From Neovahlkampfia damariscottae (lineage: Eukaryota), in contig JABLTG010000144.1 of the NCBI GenBank assembly GCA_016618085.1, positions 1-52,173 on the forward strand: a stretch of 52,173 bases of DNA. Reading direction: 5' to 3'. Each line of letters starts with the position of its first letter. The stretch's first letter is position 1. Below are positions 23,095 through 35,873 of the stretch, in pieces. Made by a program: the position numbers and the translations under genes. The notes beneath the pieces were generated by a model. That model saw nothing but the letters and a program-made list of their open reading frames with translations. It made no database searches and was not told where the DNA came from.

Positions 23095-24101
23095 AGGTTT
23101 GGGCTCAACTCGACTGTTTTTTTTTGACATTCCACACTTTTTGTTATCCAGAATTTTATTGAAATTGGAATTTGGTTTCTAGACATTGACAAAAAAAACT
23201 AAGAGATTCGGTTTGTAAACCATCAACATTAATGGATAATGAAACGGATCCAATGTTTTTTTTTGTTTCAAATCAAAAACATTGCGCTTCCAAAAAAATT
23301 CTCTCAATTCCGATTCAAACCAACTGGAAGAATACCAAACCAACTTATACCTCAGATCAATAAATATTTTCAAAAAAAAATAATAATTTTCTTTTTTTTT
23401 TGGTAGAAATGTGGTTGGTCAACATATTTTCCGGGCCGTTTTAGTGGTCAACAAATGTCCGAAAAGCCAAATTTAAATTGCAAACCCCGCCGATTTGGAA
23501 AAAATAATACATCTCAATCTGTAGTATTTGAAGCTTAGAATCAGAATGTGAACTTCATTGCTGATAGCGATTTGGACAACTGGAGAATTTTGCATTGGCG
23601 TTTTAATTTTCCACCAATGAACTGGCCTTTACCAAAATGTTGAACTTAATAAAGCAAAAGAAGAGATTGTAAAATTAAAAAAACTACTACAAAATGCAGA
23701 CCTTTCAAACAAATATCAAGATGAAGTATCAGTTGCAAAATTAAAAGCCTATGATACAATAATGACAATAGTTTCATGCACTTCAAAATGTGTGGAAATT
23801 AAATTAGATGTTGAAGATACCAGGACTGTTATTTTTAAAGCTGGAAAATCTGAATTTGAAACAACAAAATAAGATCAAAAAAAGTTGTCAATCCTTTGTC
23901 ATTAGATTCAGAAATTAGCTCTGACAATGAGATTGACGTGAAAACAACTAAATAAAGGTGCTTGATAATTTTTGAATTTTTTTTTTTTGGCCAAGTTCAA
24001 CTATGGCTTGTAACCTGTATTTTCAAAAAACTACGTCTTACATTTTTGCTGGGTTCGTTTTATTTGAAAAACATCATCTCATTGGTCAATATTTAGAGAA
24101 A

Positions 24102-26480
24102 ATGTCCACCAAAAAAGCACCAGGAGCAGGATGGAAAACTGGTATTGTAAAGAAAAAACCTGTTTTGGTGAAAAAGAAAGTGCCTGTGAAATCAAAAGCA
24201 GAAGAAGAAAATAAAAATGAAGATTCTCAAAATACTCAAGAAACAAAACCTATTGAAGAAAAAAAAGAAACCAAAACAGATCCACCAAAGGATGTTGAAA
24301 TAAAAAAAGAAGAAACAAAATCTGTTGAAATGAAAACAGAATTTAAACCAGTCGAAGTCAAAAAGGAAGAAATAAAACCTGTTGAAGTAGTGGCGGAAAC
24401 AAAATCAGAAGAGGTTAAGAAATTTGAAGTGAAAGAAGAAATAGTTAAACCTATTGAAAAAAAAGAAACGAAACCAATTCAAGTAAATGAAGAAATCAAA
24501 CCTGAAATCAAAACCATAAAAGAAGAAACGAAACCAGTTCAAGTAAAAGAAGAACCAAAACCTGTTGAAGTCAAAAAAGAAGAAGTCGTAAAAAAAAAAG
24601 ATGTAACAGATAAATTGAAAGTTGGAAATAAACCTAGAGTTAGAGTTTCATTAAAACAAGCACAAATAAAATTAGAAGAAAAAAAAAAAGAAGAAAGTCC
24701 ACCACCTTTACCAGTTTCAAAATTACCAGATATTTCACCTGATTTAAGATCACCTGATTTTTCTTCACCAAACTTTTCATCACCAAGTTTATCATCACCT
24801 GATTTATTATCAATTAATTCACCTGCAGTTGCAGTTGAAATAAATTTTCATAAAAAAGATATAATCAAAATTGAAGAAGGAGAAAGAACACCAAAATTAT
24901 CATTAGAAAAGAAAATAAGTGTTAAAAGTATGGATACCATTAAAACTAAAAGAGTTGGATCATCTAATAATTTACTTTCACCATTGAGTCCAAAAGGAAT
25001 AAAGAATAATGAACCAATTAGAAAGAATTCTATTGAAAATTTAAGTTCACCAAAAAGGAAATATTCACAAGAATATTCTGATAGAAGAGGTATACTTGAT
25101 AGTTTAAATAAATTTAATCATATTGAATGTTCTGAAGAAAATGAATTTCCATGTTCATTTGAAGATATAATATCATATGGAATGAATCAAGGTCAATTTA
25201 AAAGATTAGAAATATCATATAATTTTAATGAAAATAAAATTAAACAAACTAAAAATATAATTAAATTTTATGAAGAAGATATTTTAGAATTTGAAGAATT
25301 ATTTAAACTTAAAGGTCAATCAAAAAGAATACATCATAAAAAAAAACAAATTAAATCATCAACAGATAATGAATATTCAAAAGATGATATTATTTATTTA
25401 AATCCATTATATGATCCTTATGCAAAATCAGAAGTTGAATTAAAACAAAATGCATCTTTAGATACTGTATCAGAAGTATTAAAGAATTTTGAACAATTTG
25501 AAATTAAACAAAATGAATATGAAATTGATGAATTTGAAGATTATTTTAAAAAGAATAATGAAATATTTTTATCTTTCTCTTCAAATCAATCATCTTTAGA
25601 AAATGATGAAAAATTAAAAATATCAAATGAAATATTAAATTATTTAGATGATATTATTTATCATTCTTATGATGAAATGAATATTAGACATGAATTAGAA
25701 TCAATATATTTTCAAAGTATTATAAAATCATTTAAACATTCTTTATCATCATCATCAATAAGTACATTAAATTCATTAGAAGGTTTTCAATATAATAATC
25801 CAACTTCATCTTCAAATTTATTAAATCAAAAAAAATCAAGTTTTTTTAGTTCATTTAGATCAAGTACAAAATCATTATCATCTTCTCAATTATCATCATC
25901 ATCACCTCCAACAACAAATCAAAAAAAGAAATCTTCAATTTTAGGTAGAATGGATGTACCTTATGTTATTGAAGAAGAAATTAATGATAATTCATTAAAA
26001 GTTAATACACATAGTAATATTGGTTTATCAAGAAAACAATCTGTATTACAAAGACCATCAGGTGGTATTGGTGGTGGTGGTTTATCAAGAAAACAATCTG
26101 TACTTCAAAGACCATCAAGTAGTGTTAGTGGTGGTGGTATTGGTATTGGTAGTGGTGTTGGATTAAATAAATCAAAATTAAATCAAAGAACAGGATTTAA
26201 ACAAATTAATGAACCAAAAAATGATGGAGAAGAAATACCACAATTTAAACCTTCAAAATCAGAAGATCCATTAATTAAAATGAAAGAAGAAATTAAATAT
26301 TTGAAATCTATTGTAAAATTCTTAGAATTTGAAGAAATGGATGAATCATTCTTGAAAGATAGAGAAAATTTAATGGAGTATGATTCATTTGATTTGAAAA
26401 ATGAAAATTCAATGAATGAAATATTTATGAATCCTGTTTTTGGTGATTATATTAACTTTGATGAATACATTGTAATGTAA
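24102..26480 (+). CDS. Hypothetical low-complexity protein (K/E/P/V repeats, Ser/Pro-rich)
   Basis: Intronless ~790-aa ORF with KPVEVKKEE-type repeats and a duplicated GLSRKQSVLQRPS. Confidence 0.75.
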   Translation: MSTKKAPGAGWKTGIVKKKPVLVKKKVPVKSKAEEENKNEDSQNTQETKPIEEKKETKTDPPKDVEIKKEETKSVEMKTEFKPVEVKKEEIKPVEVVAETKSEEVKKFEVKEEIVKPIEKKETKPIQVNEEIKPEIKTIKEETKPVQVKEEPKPVEVKKEEVVKKKDVTDKLKVGNKPRVRVSLKQAQIKLEEKKKEESPPPLPVSKLPDISPDLRSPDFSSPNFSSPSLSSPDLLSINSPAVAVEINFHKKDIIKIEEGERTPKLSLEKKISVKSMDTIKTKRVGSSNNLLSPLSPKGIKNNEPIRKNSIENLSSPKRKYSQEYSDRRGILDSLNKFNHIECSEENEFPCSFEDIISYGMNQGQFKRLEISYNFNENKIKQTKNIIKFYEEDILEFEELFKLKGQSKRIHHKKKQIKSSTDNEYSKDDIIYLNPLYDPYAKSEVELKQNASLDTVSEVLKNFEQFEIKQNEYEIDEFEDYFKKNNEIFLSFSSNQSSLENDEKLKISNEILNYLDDIIYHSYDEMNIRHELESIYFQSIIKSFKHSLSSSSISTLNSLEGFQYNNPTSSSNLLNQKKSSFFSSFRSSTKSLSSSQLSSSSPPTTNQKKKSSILGRMDVPYVIEEEINDNSLKVNTHSNIGLSRKQSVLQRPSGGIGGGGLSRKQSVLQRPSSSVSGGGIGIGSGVGLNKSKLNQRTGFKQINEPKNDGEEIPQFKPSKSEDPLIKMKEEIKYLKSIVKFLEFEEMDESFLKDRENLMEYDSFDLKNENSMNEIFMNPVFGDYINFDEYIVM

Positions 26481-26552
26481 TAAAAATATATTAAATTTTT
26501 TAAACCAATCATTTCTTTTCTTTTTTTCAAAGACAACATCAAGTGAACAATC

Positions 26553-26863
26553 ATGGGCTTTTTTGTATTGAGTGATTTACTTATTTCACTGTATTATTCT
26601 TTAATTCTTTTAAAATGAAAAATAGAACTTTATTATTTAATGCTGGTAATAACACTTTAATAAAAATATTTATCAAGAGTTTAGGAGCAATATTAAATTT
26701 TAAATTTGGAAGTAATCAAGTATTACCATTAGATGATGCACCACAAGAAATTAAACCAACAGGAATAAAATCAGTTTTGAATGATTTAAAAACCTTAAGA
26801 GTATTTATTGCTCTGTGGAATATAATTCTGATTGTATTGATGTTTATATTATTCGGAAATTAA
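26553..26863 (+). CDS. SMIM7: Small integral membrane protein 7-like
   Basis: Spliced translation SDLLISLTLLFNAGAILNFKF...LKTLRVFIALWNIILIVLMFILFGN matches the recalled SMIM7 pattern (TLLMNAGAVLNFK...RIFIALWN...LFGS). Confidence 0.8.
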
Positions 26864-26920
26864 ATAAAATTTATATTATAATTTAAAATCATCATTTTAA
26901 TTGACCAATAAAATAGAAGA

Positions 26921-27985
26921 ATGAAAAGTGTGAAGAGTGTTTTCAAAGATTTAATTTTAAAAACAAACAAAAAGAGATTTAATGATTTGTAAGAGATGAT
27001 ATATGTGTTTTAATTTTTATTTGATTATTCAATAAATCAGTTCATATTGCCAATAAAAACTATTCAGCTCTTTCTGGTGAAGAATTTGATTATTTAAAAG
27101 ACGAAATTGCAATGAATATATTTGAAAGAATAGATTTTATTCAAAGAAAATTTCCTAATACATTAGAATTAAATGGTGGAAAAGGATATATAACTAAAAA
27201 ATTGATAAATAACTTTGGAATAGAAAATTATTATTTTTCAGAAGATTCAGATAATTTATTGAATTTAATGAAAGAAGAAAATGTAATTAAAATTAAATCA
27301 TCAGATGAGAATATACCTTTTAAAGAAAAATGTAAAAAAAAAAAATATACTATTTACAAAATCTAAAAGCCATGAATTTAATTGTTTGTGGAAATGGAAT
27401 ACATTGGATAAATGATATACCAAATACATTTAATCAAATAAGAAAAATATTAAAGAGTGATGGTGTTTTTATTGGTTGTTTATTTGGTGGTGATACTTTA
27501 TCTGAATTAAGAAGATGTTTTATGATTGCAGAACAAGAAAGAGAAGGTGGTGTAAGTGCACATGTATCACCAATGATAGGTGTTAGAGATGTAGGTAATT
27601 TATTATCTCAAAGTGGTTTTAATTTACCAACTGTAAATAATTTATTTTATAATAATATTATTAGATTGATTCGGATGTAATGACTGTTTATTATCCAAAT
27701 GCTTTGACTTTAATGCACCACTTACAAGAAATGGGTGAAAATTCGTCTTTAGTTTTAAAACGAAATTTATTAAGTCCTGAAACATTTATAGCAACATGTT
27801 CAATTTATGATAAAATGTTTGGAACAGAAAAAGGAATTCCTGTTACTTTTGAAATGATACATTTCATAGCTTGGTCACCTGATGCTTCACAACCAAAACC
27901 AGCTAAAAGAGGATCAGCAACAGTTTCAATGAAAGATTTAGCAAAAGAGTTTAATACAACTGTGAATATAATTAAAGATGAATAA
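26921..27985 (+). CDS. NDUFAF5: Complex I assembly factor NDUFAF5 (SAM-dependent)
   Basis: Contains FDYLKDEIA, IHWINDIP, DGVFIGCLFGGDTLSELR, EREGGVSAHVSP, DVGNLL, LQEMGE and QPKPAKRGSA. The first intron is non-canonical as assembled. Confidence 0.92.
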
Positions 27986-28055
27986 AAAAACATCATTTTT
28001 ATTTTTTATTTTTTGTCCAATCAGAAAGAGAAATGAGTAAAATAGAAATTGGAGC

Positions 28056-28857
28056 ATGGTTAGAAAGTTTGATAAAAAAAAAAAACATTTTAACAATATT
28101 AAAGAAACCTTATTACAAATATTGAATTCAAGTTCAAATAGTATTTCTATTGATGATATTATTGATTCTGTAAAACATAATGATGGTTTGTTCAAATAAA
28201 AAGTATTAATAAAATATTTAAAGAATTTGATACGTTTAAATTTAATAAAATTAGTGATGGTATTAAAATATATTTAACAAAATAGATGAATTAAAGAATT
28301 TAATTAATCAAGAATTAAAAAATAGAAAAAAAAAAAGAAAATTTGAAGAAATTCAACAAAAAGAAGAAAATGAAAACAAAACAAACTTTAAATTAACTAA
28401 AATTGAAATACCTATAAAAGTAGAATTAAAATATATGAATGATTTAAAAAATGCAATTAAAAGAAAATTAGACGTTTATTTATTCAGATATGATGAAAAT
28501 TTAAAAGGTGTTATTATTTCTTATAAAGATATTGAATTAATTGATGAATTATCAAATATTTCTTATAATCCAAATGATACTCATTTACAATTTTCAATTA
28601 GAGTAAATTTGTTATTATTTTGTCCAATTCCAAATTCAATTTTATCTGGAATTGTAAATCATGTAAGATTTTATTTTGATTTATAAAAGATTGATCATGA
28701 ATTTATTACTTTAAACGTATATGGAATATTCAATGCTAGAATTTTAACGAAAAGATTGAAAGATAAAGTGAATGAAAATGATAAAATTGAATTCAAAATT
28801 TTAAATTGTGATAAAACTTTTGACTCATTCATCATTATAAATGGTACTCAACAATAA
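28056..28857 (+). CDS. RPA43: RNA polymerase I subunit A43-like
   Basis: Contains LDVYLFRYDENLKGVIISY...FSIRVNLLLFCPIPNSILSGIVNHIDHEFITLNVYGIFNARI (Rpb7-like SHS2 + OB). Confidence 0.75.
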
Positions 28858-28937
28858 AATTTTATTTTTTTCAACTTTGCATAAAATAGTCCATTTTGAC
28901 TGACCAATCATATCATTTCACTCTTTCAAACCAAAGA

Positions 28938-29431
28938 ATGCCAGTGAAGTGTCCAAGCTTGGAATTCTCTCACTGGAAAGCTAAACTTATTCTCTGTTTT
29001 TATATTTTAGGATGGTTTGTACCATTTTTTTGGATTTCTGCAATATTCTTCAAAAATGAACCAAGTAAGTTAAAACACCTTTATTCATCATTTTTTAAAA
29101 AGATGAAACTGTACAATTTTTTTTTAGATTGTCCATGTATGGATTTGTTGCACAAGTATTAGGTGTTTTCTTTTTATTTTGGGCAGCTTGTGTATTCTTT
29201 TGGAATTGTAACAACAAAAAATAAATTAACTTTTTGATAGTCCCATTGTCTTATAATGCATATGTAGGTGTAATGCCAATATTACCTGGTGAAATTTTAG
29301 CATGTATTTATTTTCCAATCATGGCAATTGTTGTTTTATGGGATATTATCTCCAGATTAATTTCAGATACAAGATTTAAAAAAATAAAAAATACAGTTGT
29401 GAGAAAAATCAATCAAGTAAAAAATAAATAG
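28938..29431 (+). CDS. Small multi-pass membrane protein
   Basis: Three exons with hydrophobic segments (FYILGWFVPFFW; ILACIYFPIMAIVVLW). CCAAT box upstream. Confidence 0.55.
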
Positions 29432-29497
29432 ATTATTTATCCTTTTTTATTAATAATAAATTGCACAAAATAATGTATTTTAAAAAAAAATAAATTT

Positions 29498-32399
29498 TTA
29501 TGGAAAATTGAATGGTTCTGGCATTTCCGGTTCTTTTTCATCATTTGAATAAGATTTCATTTCAACTAAAGTTTCAGTTTCATTTGGTTTTGAATTGAAT
29601 AAAACTATTAATCCCATTTGTTCTTTTAAAGGAACATATTTTGAGTTAACATCAAATGACAAATACTTTAATTGTGAAGGAATGATTCTTGAAGGATTTT
29701 GTAAAATTTCAAATTCTGGTTCTTTTTCAACAATTTTCTCTGGTTCTTTTTCTTGTTTTTTTTCTTCTTCTTCCAAAATAATTTCTTTTTTCTTCAAAGA
29801 AAATGGTGAAGGAGTATCTGAAAAAGGAGTTAAAATTTCTCTTGGAGAAGTAAGTGAAGGTGATTCAGCTGATTCAACATCCATTCCACTTTCTTTTTTT
29901 TTCTTTTTTTCTTCTTTTGCTTTTTCTTTTTGTGAAGTTGAAAGTTGTGCAGTTGGAGCTAAAATAACTTGTTTTTTTTCAGGTTCTTTTTTATTTGGTG
30001 GATAAGAGAATAAAGATGGTTTTGCATTTGATTTAAATTGATATTCTGGCATTTTTAAGTCTTGATTTAATCCAATAACACAAGTTGGATCAAAAGTTAA
30101 TGATAAATAATGTAAATATGGATACCAAAACCAATATTGTGTAAATAATGCCATACCAATAATACCATTCATTCTATTATGTCCATTTTTCATTAAACCA
30201 ATTGTAACATTTCTACCACCTGCATCAATAATACCATTAGCTAAAATACCACCCATTTTTGACATTACTTCTTGTCTTCCTGTCCATGATTTTTCAATTA
30301 ATTTTCTAACTTGTAAAACTTTTTCATGACTTTCTGGTAATTGAACAAGAACCATTGAAAGTGAAATTAATGCACCTTGTCTAACAAAATCAACTCTATC
30401 TTTTGCAAGAGGTTCTAATATTTCAATTGCTTCTTCTAAACCTGTACCAGCACATGAAATACCAATAGCTAATGCAGCTCCATATCTAACATGTGGATTA
30501 TAACTTTCAGCTAAAAGATTAACTAATTTTGGACATTGTTTTGGATTTGAAATTAATAAAAATCCAAGGTTTGTAACAGCTGCTCTTCTAACATCATCTG
30601 AAACATCTGAAACAGCTACATATAATAATTTACGAATAGCAAAACTATTTCCAGTTCCAGCGTATGCAAGTCCAATCATATACATTGCACCATATCTTAA
30701 AATTGGATCTTTATCAGATAATAATTTTGAAATTAAATCATCAGCTAATTCTTCAACACCATATTGTGTAAGTGCCATACCCATAGCTAAACCTCTAATA
30801 ATCTTTTCATGTGCAGTTTCATGTGCATAAGATAACATTTCTTCAATAGTTGTTGATTCATCATTTGTTGTTGTTGTTCTTCCAATCATTGTTAAACCCA
30901 TTGAAATAGCAGCTGCTTCACCTGATACAGCAGAATCATGATAAAGTATTTCTTTTAAACTTTCATAAACTAAATCATCACCTGAACCTAAAGCAGATAA
31001 ACCAATACCTAAACATGCACCATGTTGTACAACTTCATCAGTTGCTTCATTTTGAACTATTTTTAATAAAAAGTCTTTTGAATTTTCACCATTATTTTGA
31101 TGAATAAGACCTAATGCAAATAAACTACCACCTTCTGAATAAACACTTGATCCTTGTCTTCTTTCATCTGAAGGTAAATATGTTTTTAAAATATTAAAAC
31201 TATCTTTAATTTGTCCTTTATGAATAACACCTAATGATGCTGTTGCAGAGAATTTTGCCCAATTAGATGCTTGTCCTAACCATTCTAAATTATTTCTTAA
31301 AAATGTATCAATAGTTGTTCCTGCATGCATAAATCCATTACTTGTAATTGTTGCTGAATGTAAAATTGAGTTTCTTTCAAAACTTTCTTTAATTTCTTTT
31401 AAAATTGATAAATCAGTATGATTTCTACGATATAAAAAATCAACATAAAGTGGTATTGAAACTTCTCCTTTTAAAATACTAATTAATTTTTCAACTTTTG
31501 AATAATCTTCATCTTCTTTTGATATTTCTTTTAATGATTTTAAAATTTCAGTTAAAACGTATAAAGTTGATCTTTCAAATAAATCAAATCCAATCTGATA
31601 ACTTTTTAAGTTATCTTTTATATCTTTGGATTTTACTAATTTTAAGAGTACTTTAGTTAATGATTCTCCATCTATTTTTAAAAATATTTAAATACATTTT
31701 ATTTTACCATCTAAAAATAATAAAGCTTCAGAACATCCAAAATAATCAGGATTTTCAAAGGATTCAAAAAGTTTTACAACTGATTTTAAAACTTCATGAC
31801 GAAATTCACGATTTGGTACTGTTTTTTGTGCTAAATCAAAACAATATTTTGACATTTCAGATACTTTTCCAGACTTTAAAATACTTTCTTCTAATTTATC
31901 AATTCTTTTACTTTCAAGTGATAATCCTAATGCTTGTTTATATTCACCATCTTTAAAACATCTATCAAACATTCTATTGACAATTTCTTCAAGACTTTTA
32001 TCAACTTTTTCATTTTTTTGTCTCAAAACAATATATTTATCAATACATTTAGCAATTATTGTATCTACGTATTCATCAGATGAATTTATATTGAATAACT
32101 TGTCAGCAGAAAGAGCAAATTGTAATGATTCATCAAGAGCACCCAAGTGATAATAAACTTTTGATAAAACAAGTGAAGCTAATTCTCTATTTTTAAAAGT
32201 TTCATCATCAAAAAGATTTTCGCTAAAATATTAAAATGAAAAAAAAAAAAAACATTTTTTGAAGTGACTCTGAAATTTCAGCCCAATACTCATCAACCAT
32301 ATTTAAAGATTCCATTCTTTGTAAAGCCATTTCTTTTAATTCATGGTCATCTTCGTCTAAAAGTGAGACAATTCCTGTAGCTGAAGAAACTTTGGTCAT
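29498..32399 (-). CDS. PSMD1: 26S proteasome regulatory subunit Rpn2
   Basis: Begins MTKVSSATGIVSLLDE and contains WAEISES, NWAKFSATASLGVIHKG, PC repeats, SDDVRRAAV, SYNPHVRYG and DAGGRN. Two introns near the 5' end. Confidence 0.97.
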
Positions 32400-32564
32400 T
32401 TTTTTTTTTATTGGATGTTTAATTTAGATTTTTTTCCACCAATAAAACAGTTTCACTCAAAAAAATTTTAATTTCAAAATAATCAAAAATAAATTCAAAT
32501 TTTTAGAATTTAACAGCTTTTCATTTTAAAAGTAGATGATTTGTCAAAAAAAATAACCAATAAA

Positions 32565-35133
32565 ATGAGCCAAAAATTAAGTAAGAGTTCAAGTTAACGT
32601 TTTAATTATTTTTTAAAAGGAGAACTTATAAAATCAGTACGTAATGCTAAAACACAAGCTGATGAAAGAGAAATTGTATCCAAAGAATGTGCTGCAATTC
32701 GAAATGATATCAAAACTGGAAGCACGAAAAACTTGGCAAAAAATGTTTCAAAATTAATGTATATTCACATGATGGGATATCCAACACAATTCGGACAAAT
32801 GGAATGTTTATCTTTAATTATTTCAAAAAAATATTCTGAAAAGAGAATAGGTAACAAAACTAAAAAAAAAATAAAATAAAAAAAAGGATACTTGTCTTTA
32901 ATGATATTACTTGATGAAAATCAAGAAGTTCTAACATTAGTTGAACATACAATGAAAAAGTAAAATATTTTATTTAATTTAAAAAAACAAAAAGGGATTT
33001 AGAAGACTCCAATCAATTTATTCAAGGATTAGCATTAACAACATTAGCTAATATTGGATCACCTGATATTTGTAGAGGATTATCCAGTGAAGTTGAAAAG
33101 TTATTATATTCATCTGCATATATTAAAAAGAAAGCAGCATTATGTGCTTGTCGTATATTTATGAAAGCACCTGAATTAATTGATAATTATATTGATAAAT
33201 TTGAAGGATTATTAAAAGAACAAAAGAATCATTCAGTATTAATTACAGTTGTATCAATGATTATTGAAATAACTGAACAAGATGATAGTTTTATACCTAA
33301 ATTAATATCTATTGTACCTTTATTATTAAGAATATTAAAAGGATTATTATCATCAACATTTCAAATTGAAAATGAAATATCAGGTATTTCTGATCCATTT
33401 TTACAAGTTAAAATATTAAAATTACTTGGTATTTTAGGAAAAGGAAATAATAAAGCATCTGAATTAATGCATGATATGTTAGTACAAGTAGCAACACATA
33501 CAGAAAGTAATAAAAATGCAGGTAATGCAATATTATATCAAGTAGTTGAAACTATATTAAAAATTGAAAGTGATACAGTACATTTAAATTTAGCAACAAC
33601 TATATTAGGTAAATTTCTTAGTAATAAGGATTATAATATTCGATATGTTGCATTAAATACATTTCAAAAAGTTGATTCAAATTCAATTAAAAAATATTTA
33701 AAAATAATATTAGAATGTTTAAATGATTATGATATTTCAATTAAAAAGAAATCATTAAATTTAATTGTTGATATATCAAATAACGAAAATATTGAACAAA
33801 TTAGTGAATATTTATTAAAATTATTATCAAATCAATCAATAATGAATAATGAATTTAAAGAAGAATTAATTTTAAAATTTTATTTAATTTTAGAAAGACA
33901 TTCTATTTCATTAGAATGGAAATTAGAAAAGATGTTTAAATTAATTTTAATAGGTGAACAATTCATTCAAGAAAATATTTCAATTTCATTCATTTCATTA
34001 ATTATGAAACAGAATGATAAATCAAAAATAATTAATGATTTATATAAAGAATATTTTAATTTAAAAAAATATTCAAAATATTATATTCAAATATTAGTTT
34101 GGTCAATTGGTGAATATGGTGAATTATTAAATTATTCAAAAGAAGAAATAATTGAATCTTTAAATCAAATATTAAAATCAAATAGATCTTCAAATGAAAC
34201 AAAACAAATGACTTTAATATCATTGGTTAAATTATCATCTAAATTTATTGAAAAGAAACAACAAATTGAATTCTTAATTTCAAAATTTAAAAATAATTCA
34301 AATATTGAATTACAACAAAGATCTTTTGAATTTTCAAATTTAATTAATATTTTAAATTCAAATAATTATAAAGTAGTATTTGAAAAGATGCCTATTATTG
34401 ATTCATCTTTACATCAAAATTTAAAATCATCATCTTTAATTGAAAAATCAAATAATACTGTTAAAAAGCATGATTCATTATTAATTGATGATTTATTTGC
34501 ACCACCAACATTATCAACAACATCAAATAATACAAATATTAAACAAAATGAAAAAAAGAATGAAATTAATTTATTAGATTTATTTGGTGAAAAAGGTGAT
34601 GATACTTCAAATATTAAATCAAATGTTCAATCATCATCACAAAATAATCAATCAAATAATTCATTATTAGATGATTTATTTTCAACAAATACAACAAATA
34701 CAACAAATACAACAAATACCAACCTTTTTATTAATTCAATGAATTCCAAAAAATTTAATGGATGGGATAAAGATGGTCTCCAAATTGATTTTGATGTTAC
34801 ACCAAAAGCAAATAATGTTTATCATATTGTAGCATATTTTTCAAATTCATCAGATAATGATTTGAATGATTTTGAATTACTTGTTGCAGTTCCAAAATAT
34901 CTTTCAATTAAAATTAAAAAATCAACTTCAACTATTATTCCAAAAAATAGTAAAGAAACTATTTATCAAGAAATGCAAATTACAAATAATCAATATCCTG
35001 TAAGAATGAATATGTGTTAATTCTAAATAATTATTTATAGAAAAAATTAGCAATTAAAATACAAATTAAATATCAATTAAATGGTACTACAGTTGAAGAA
35101 AAAGGAACTGTTTCAAACTTCCCTATTTTTTAA
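32565..35133 (+). CDS. AP1G1: AP-1 complex gamma adaptin
   Basis: Contains LIKSVRNAKTQADERE, KLMYIHMMGYPTQFGQMECL, GISDPFLQV, KNAGNAILY and ELQQRS. Hinge with LLDLF/LLDDLF boxes; GAE ear with VAVPK. Confidence 0.95.
34683..34720 (+). repeat. Coding 9-nt tandem repeat (ACAAATACA)n in the gamma-adaptin hinge
   Basis: Encodes TNTTNTTNTTNT. Confidence 0.85.
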
Positions 35134-35188
35134 TTTTATTAAATTTTTCAATTTTTTTTTTCCACCAATCCCCATCATTTATTCTCAA

Positions 35189-35802
35189 ATGTCGAAAAAA
35201 GGCACATTAATAGAAGAAAATGAAGTTGTAGAATATACTGTCAAAGAACCAAAACTTGATAAAAATTTAAAAGAGCCTTGTTGTAAAGAATAAATAAACT
35301 AATAAAACAGTTATAAAAATATGTGACTTAAAACCAGGAACAAAAGGTTTAAATATATCAGCAATAGTTGTTGAAATTAATGTTATTGTTGAAAAAATAA
35401 AGAATGATGGACAAAGAATAAGAATATGTGATTGTACTATTGGTTTGATTATTTATTTAGTTTAACAGTTAAGGTGATGAAACTGGTATTATAAATTTTA
35501 CAGCCAAGAATGGTAATTCATATTATATTAATTTTTAAAGAACAACTTAATTTATTAAAAAAGAATGAGAAGATTGTTATTAGAAATGGAAAAATTGATT
35601 TATTTAAACAATGTATGAGATTATTAGTTGATGATTATTGGTAAATATGAATTAGAATATTATTAAATGTTTTAGGGGTACAATTCAAAATATTGAAGAA
35701 GCTACATCATTGGTTACTTGTGAAATACCAAAACCAAAATTTATAAAAAAAGAAAAGAATGTTTCATTACAAAAGTATGAAGTAATTTATGGATATAAAT
35801 AA
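35189..35802 (+). CDS. Single OB-fold nucleic-acid-binding protein (At4g28440-like)
   Basis: Spliced translation EPCFIKICDLKPGTKGLN...CTIGDETGIINFTAKNEQL...IRNGKIDLFKQCMRLLVDDYWG...NVSLQKYE. Confidence 0.8.
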
Positions 35803-35873
35803 TTAAATATAAATTCTTATCAAAATTTTGTTGTTTATTTTATTGACCAATCATTCCATTTTGTGTATTCTAA

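Noticed and set aside
26022..26117. ~39-nt direct repeat that could resemble a CRISPR or mobile-element repeat
   Set aside because: Only two copies, in frame in a low-complexity CDS (GLSRKQSVLQRPS).
28960..29060. FYILGWFVPFFW resembles PEN-2
   Set aside because: The rest of the protein lacks recognisable PEN-2 features, so it is left hypothetical.
29595..30005. Antisense ORFs such as 29595-30005, 36161-36556, 46095-46391 and 48311-48538
   Set aside because: These are shadows of K/E-rich or biased coding sequence on the opposite strand.
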